Part shown: positions 60,306 to 64,000 of the stretch, one piece after another | Position numbering within the stretch: position 1 is the first letter of the stretch | Layout: each line of letters opens with the position of its first letter | Origin: Eledone cirrhosa | Lineage: Eukaryota | Assembly (NCBI GenBank): GCA_964016885.1 | Contig: OZ024740.1 | Span: 332,196,001 to 332,260,000, forward strand | DNA: 64,000 nucleotides | Reading direction: 5' to 3' | Made by a program: the position numbers and the translations under genes | Notes under the pieces: generated by a model | Database searches by the model: none | Told to the model about the DNA's origin: nothing | Seen by the model: only the letters and a program-made list of their open reading frames with translations

Positions 60306-61140
60306 TGTAATGTAATGTTTAAATGTCTGACTTAGTTTTTATTTTTGTTTGTTTGTTTTTATTTTCTTTACGTTTTTCGTTGCTACTCTGGTGTTTTGAT
60401 TTTGATTTTTGATTTTTTGATTTTAGTTTCAAGAGAAGTAGGGCTGTTGCGTTCAAAATGTTTGAAATTTGTTTCGACTTGTTGCTTCTGAGTTCAAATC
60501 CCGCCGAGGTTAACTTTGCCTTTCATCCTTACGGGGTCGATAAAATAAAGTACCAGTAATACACTGGTTTAATTGCTAGCCTGTGCCAAAAGTAGAAACA
60601 ATTATTATTATTATCAGCGGTGGATTGGCTTTCCAGCATAGTTACGTCCCTTTACGATCTGAGTTCAAATCCCGCCGAGGTTGACTTTGCCTTTCATCCT
60701 TACGGGGTCGATAAAATAAAGTACCAGTAATGCACTGCGTATTTGCTGGCCTTATGCCTAAAGTAGAAATAATTATTATTATTATCAGCCGAGGTTAACT
60801 TTGCCCTCCATCCCCACGGGGTCGACAAGTCAAAGCACCAGCAATGCACTGTAATGTTTGAATGTCTGACTTAGTTTTTTGTTTGTTTGTTTGTTTGTTT
60901 TTCTTTTCTTTACGCTTTTCGTTGCAGCTGTGCTGTTTTGATTTCTGATTTTTTGATTTTAGCTTCATGAGAAGTAGGGCTGTTGCGTTCAAAACTTTTG
61001 AAATTTGTTTCGACTTGTTGTTTATCATTATTATTATTATCAGCCGAGGTTAACTTTGCCCTCCATCCCCACGGGGCTGACAAGACAAAGTACCAGCAAT
61101 GCACTGGGCAATTGCCAGAACTGTGCCAAAAGCAGCAACA
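60306..61140 (+). repeat. Local tandem duplication (~540-bp period) carrying four Nin-domain-type SINE copies or fragments
   Basis: tgtaatgttt(a/g)aatgtctgacttagttttt...gtttcgacttgttg at ~60311 and ~60850; SINE cores at 60488, 60616, 60788 and 61043. Confidence 0.85.
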
Positions 61141-61236
61141 CATATTATTATTATTATTATATTATAGTTTAGGTTTGACATCGTTTAAACTAAACACTTT
61201 GAGGTAGTTTTAGTGGCAATAATGTTTTTGTTGTTG

Positions 61237-61274
<38 letters not shown>

Positions 61275-61286
61275 GACACACACATA

Positions 61287-61362
<76 letters not shown>

Positions 61363-61428
61363 AACACACACATAGGGTGAGTAATAATTGATGAGCGTTA
61401 TGTATGTATATATATATATATAAATATA

Positions 61429-61512
<84 letters not shown>

Positions 61513-61517
61513 TTAGT

Positions 61518-61700
61518 TAGGGCGCGTGGCTGAGTGGTTAGATAATTGGATACAGAAACGTGAGGTTGTGAGATCGATTCCCGGATCGGGCGATGCGTTA
61601 CGTCCTTGAGCAAGACTCTTTATTTCACGTTGCTCCTGTTACCTGCAGTTGCGACCGTTAGATAGTATTAGCAATTGGAAAGACCAATGGAAGCATTGTT
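61518..61700 (+). mobile_element. tRNA-derived CORE-type SINE
   Basis: Box A tggctgagtggtt, box B-like gatcgattccc, CORE-like gtccttgagcaagactctttatttcacgttgctcc. Confidence 0.7.
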
Positions 61701-61813
61701 TCTTCGATCCGATTTGACACACACACGCACACACACACATACATATATATATATATTGTTTTCGGGTGTTGTGTGTAGGACAGAACAAAGGAGAGACTCA
61801 AAATAAAAACCTA

Positions 61814-61855
61814 GTCACTGAGGAGGTTACAGAATGCGTGACGAAAAGATTTGAC
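61814..61855 (+). ncRNA. Type-I hammerhead motif (homologous to 37625-37667)
   Basis: gtca CTGAGGA g gttac agaatgc gtgac GAAA aga TT tgac. Confidence 0.65.
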
Positions 61856-62081
61856 AAAATATAACAACCATTCGGTTATCGAACCAACAAACAAATCGGA
61901 AATTTCTAATAAATTCAAGTGAAAATCAACAGGCAGGTGTAATTTTATTGGCAGCATGATCCTCCCAAAGTATAACAATATCAGTTTCAACACTCGTTTT
62001 CAGATAAGAAATCTTGCAAAACAAATTCAAACACGAAGTGTATATATATATATATATATATACATAAATATAATTATAAAT

Positions 62082-62127
<46 letters not shown>

Positions 62128-62141
62128 ATATATATATATAT

Positions 62142-62451
62142 TAAATTAACAGATTACAGTTTAAGCAAAGAATCGCTGCTTTCACCCTTAACGGGATGTT
62201 CTGAAACTAAAAAAATCAATCTGTGAACGCAGAAGTAAATATTTCGAAAAACGTTGGAACCGAAGGAAGACAGGAAGACCATATTTTGGTTCGTGGAGAC
62301 GTTCCCTGGTGAAAGCAGCGATTCTTTGCTTAAACTTTAATCTGTTATTTTAATAAATATTTGCTCTACGGCTCTACCGTTCTTATATATTTGATATATA
62401 TTTATCCTTATCGAGCCCCTTTTGGATTTTAGTCTACAAATTTATTATTAT

Positions 62452-62457
<6 letters not shown>
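62142..62457. repeat. Fold-back element (arms 62142-62186 and 62308-62353) with 3' tail into (TA)n
   Basis: Arms shared with 30181-30330; tail atttatccttatcgagccc...ggattttagtct...atttattattattac shared with 5950-6008. Confidence 0.85.
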
Positions 62458-62506
<49 letters not shown>

Positions 62507-62914
62507 TTATATATTTATATACCCACGCTGTCAACGAAAAATATATTTCGTAACGAAAATATTATTTTTCTCTATTTCATTCCGTGAACATACCAGAGAG
62601 GGTCAGCAGCAGTCGGTGTTTTCTATTTGATATGTACAAATTAATATTGATCTAGCAATGTCTAAATAGACTATACACTATTTCTATGGCAGTAACCATT
62701 GAGGGAATGTCACTAATGAAATATTATCAAATCTCGCCACAGTCTGGCATTCTCGGTTGATATTGAAACGCTGATTCCTGTTCATACAGAAAAAACTATT
62801 TTCTTTTGATACGAAAAATATGTTGTTCTCTGGTAGCAAAGATACCAATATGTTAAATATATATGAACAGTATATATCCATATTATGCTTAAATGATATT
62901 TTGGTACTACTGCC

Positions 62915-63071
<157 letters not shown>

Positions 63072-63109
63072 CATATATATAGATATATATATATTATATA
63101 TATATATGT

Positions 63110-63155
<46 letters not shown>

Positions 63156-64000
63156 ACGCTTGATAAATGCTATGCTGCTGTCATTATGAGATAAGGGATA
63201 CAATATTTTATATACAATAGATTAAAGAGCGTATGACAATTACTTCGATATATCTATGTACATAACTAAAATAATTAGGAATAGTAGTAAATCATGTAAC
63301 ATACCGTTGTTATACTCTCCGTTTTGGAAAAAGCTTATGGAAATAAGCAGTTCCGATTTATATATATATATAATTTTAATGTGAAAAGCTAAATATCTGG
63401 AAATGTAACTGACATACGTGTGTAACAATATATCCAAGCAAAATGCATGCTTTGATAATGAACATTAATAATCGAAAGAGTTATCAACATTTTCTTTATT
63501 TTGCCACTTTTCCCGAAACCTAGTAAAAATGTTAATGAAACAAATCACCCGAATGACAAGAATGTTTTCAAAGTTGATACACATTATTCATAGCTTGCAC
63601 GATAAGAATGCGAAGGCAAGGCTGTTTATATTCTTTCAAATGTATCCATAACTCATGTTTATAATGAAGATAATACTTTCTTCGAAAACGCTGGAATATA
63701 TTGTACATGCAGCAAGATAAAATACAGATGTAGTAGATAATAAAATAAATATCTTTAAAAAATACGTTTCTGATAATACAAATATGACATATTTCGCTAT
63801 AAAAACGTATATATTTTGCGGAAATTTATTTTCTTATCGAAATTCATCGATACGTGTTTTATTTTACTATACAAACATTTATACGATGATATGTGGCTGT
63901 TTGTCATTTTCCTGTTTATTTGACATTTATTGACAATGCTTGTATAATATTACTGTCCTGCTACTCCCATGTGTAACCTTTACCCTTTATTAAACGTAGT

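Overview
AT-rich, microsatellite-saturated animal genomic DNA, almost certainly coleoid cephalopod (Octopus-like Nin-domain SINE, abundant Dong/R4 and RTE LINEs). I see no intact host gene; most predicted ORFs are (TA)n/(CA)n/(GA)n translation artefacts. Mobile elements: two L1/Tx1-clade LINEs inserted in (ATT)n (10545-15295, internally deleted; 46097-51916, near full length), a head-to-tail stack of R4/Dong RLE LINEs (51970-60250), RTE fragments and RTE-derived non-autonomous elements, an internally deleted Penelope-like element (21793-23208), a Helitron/Helentron PIF1 helicase remnant, a non-autonomous Helitron and about 13 SINE copies. The main unexplained signal is RNA-structural: about ten type-I hammerhead ribozyme motifs (CUGANGA...GAAA, mostly with palindromic stem III), belonging to several unrelated short non-coding repeats. 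These repeats mostly end in (TA)n and repeatedly form long fold-back palindromes that put ribozymes on both strands; one is a 719-bp unit with a terminal direct repeat (retrozyme-like). The 'unique' AT-rich spacer DNA also appears, by hand translation, to be several heavily decayed LRR/TIR (Toll-like receptor) genes. All motifs were found by eye and need computational confirmation.
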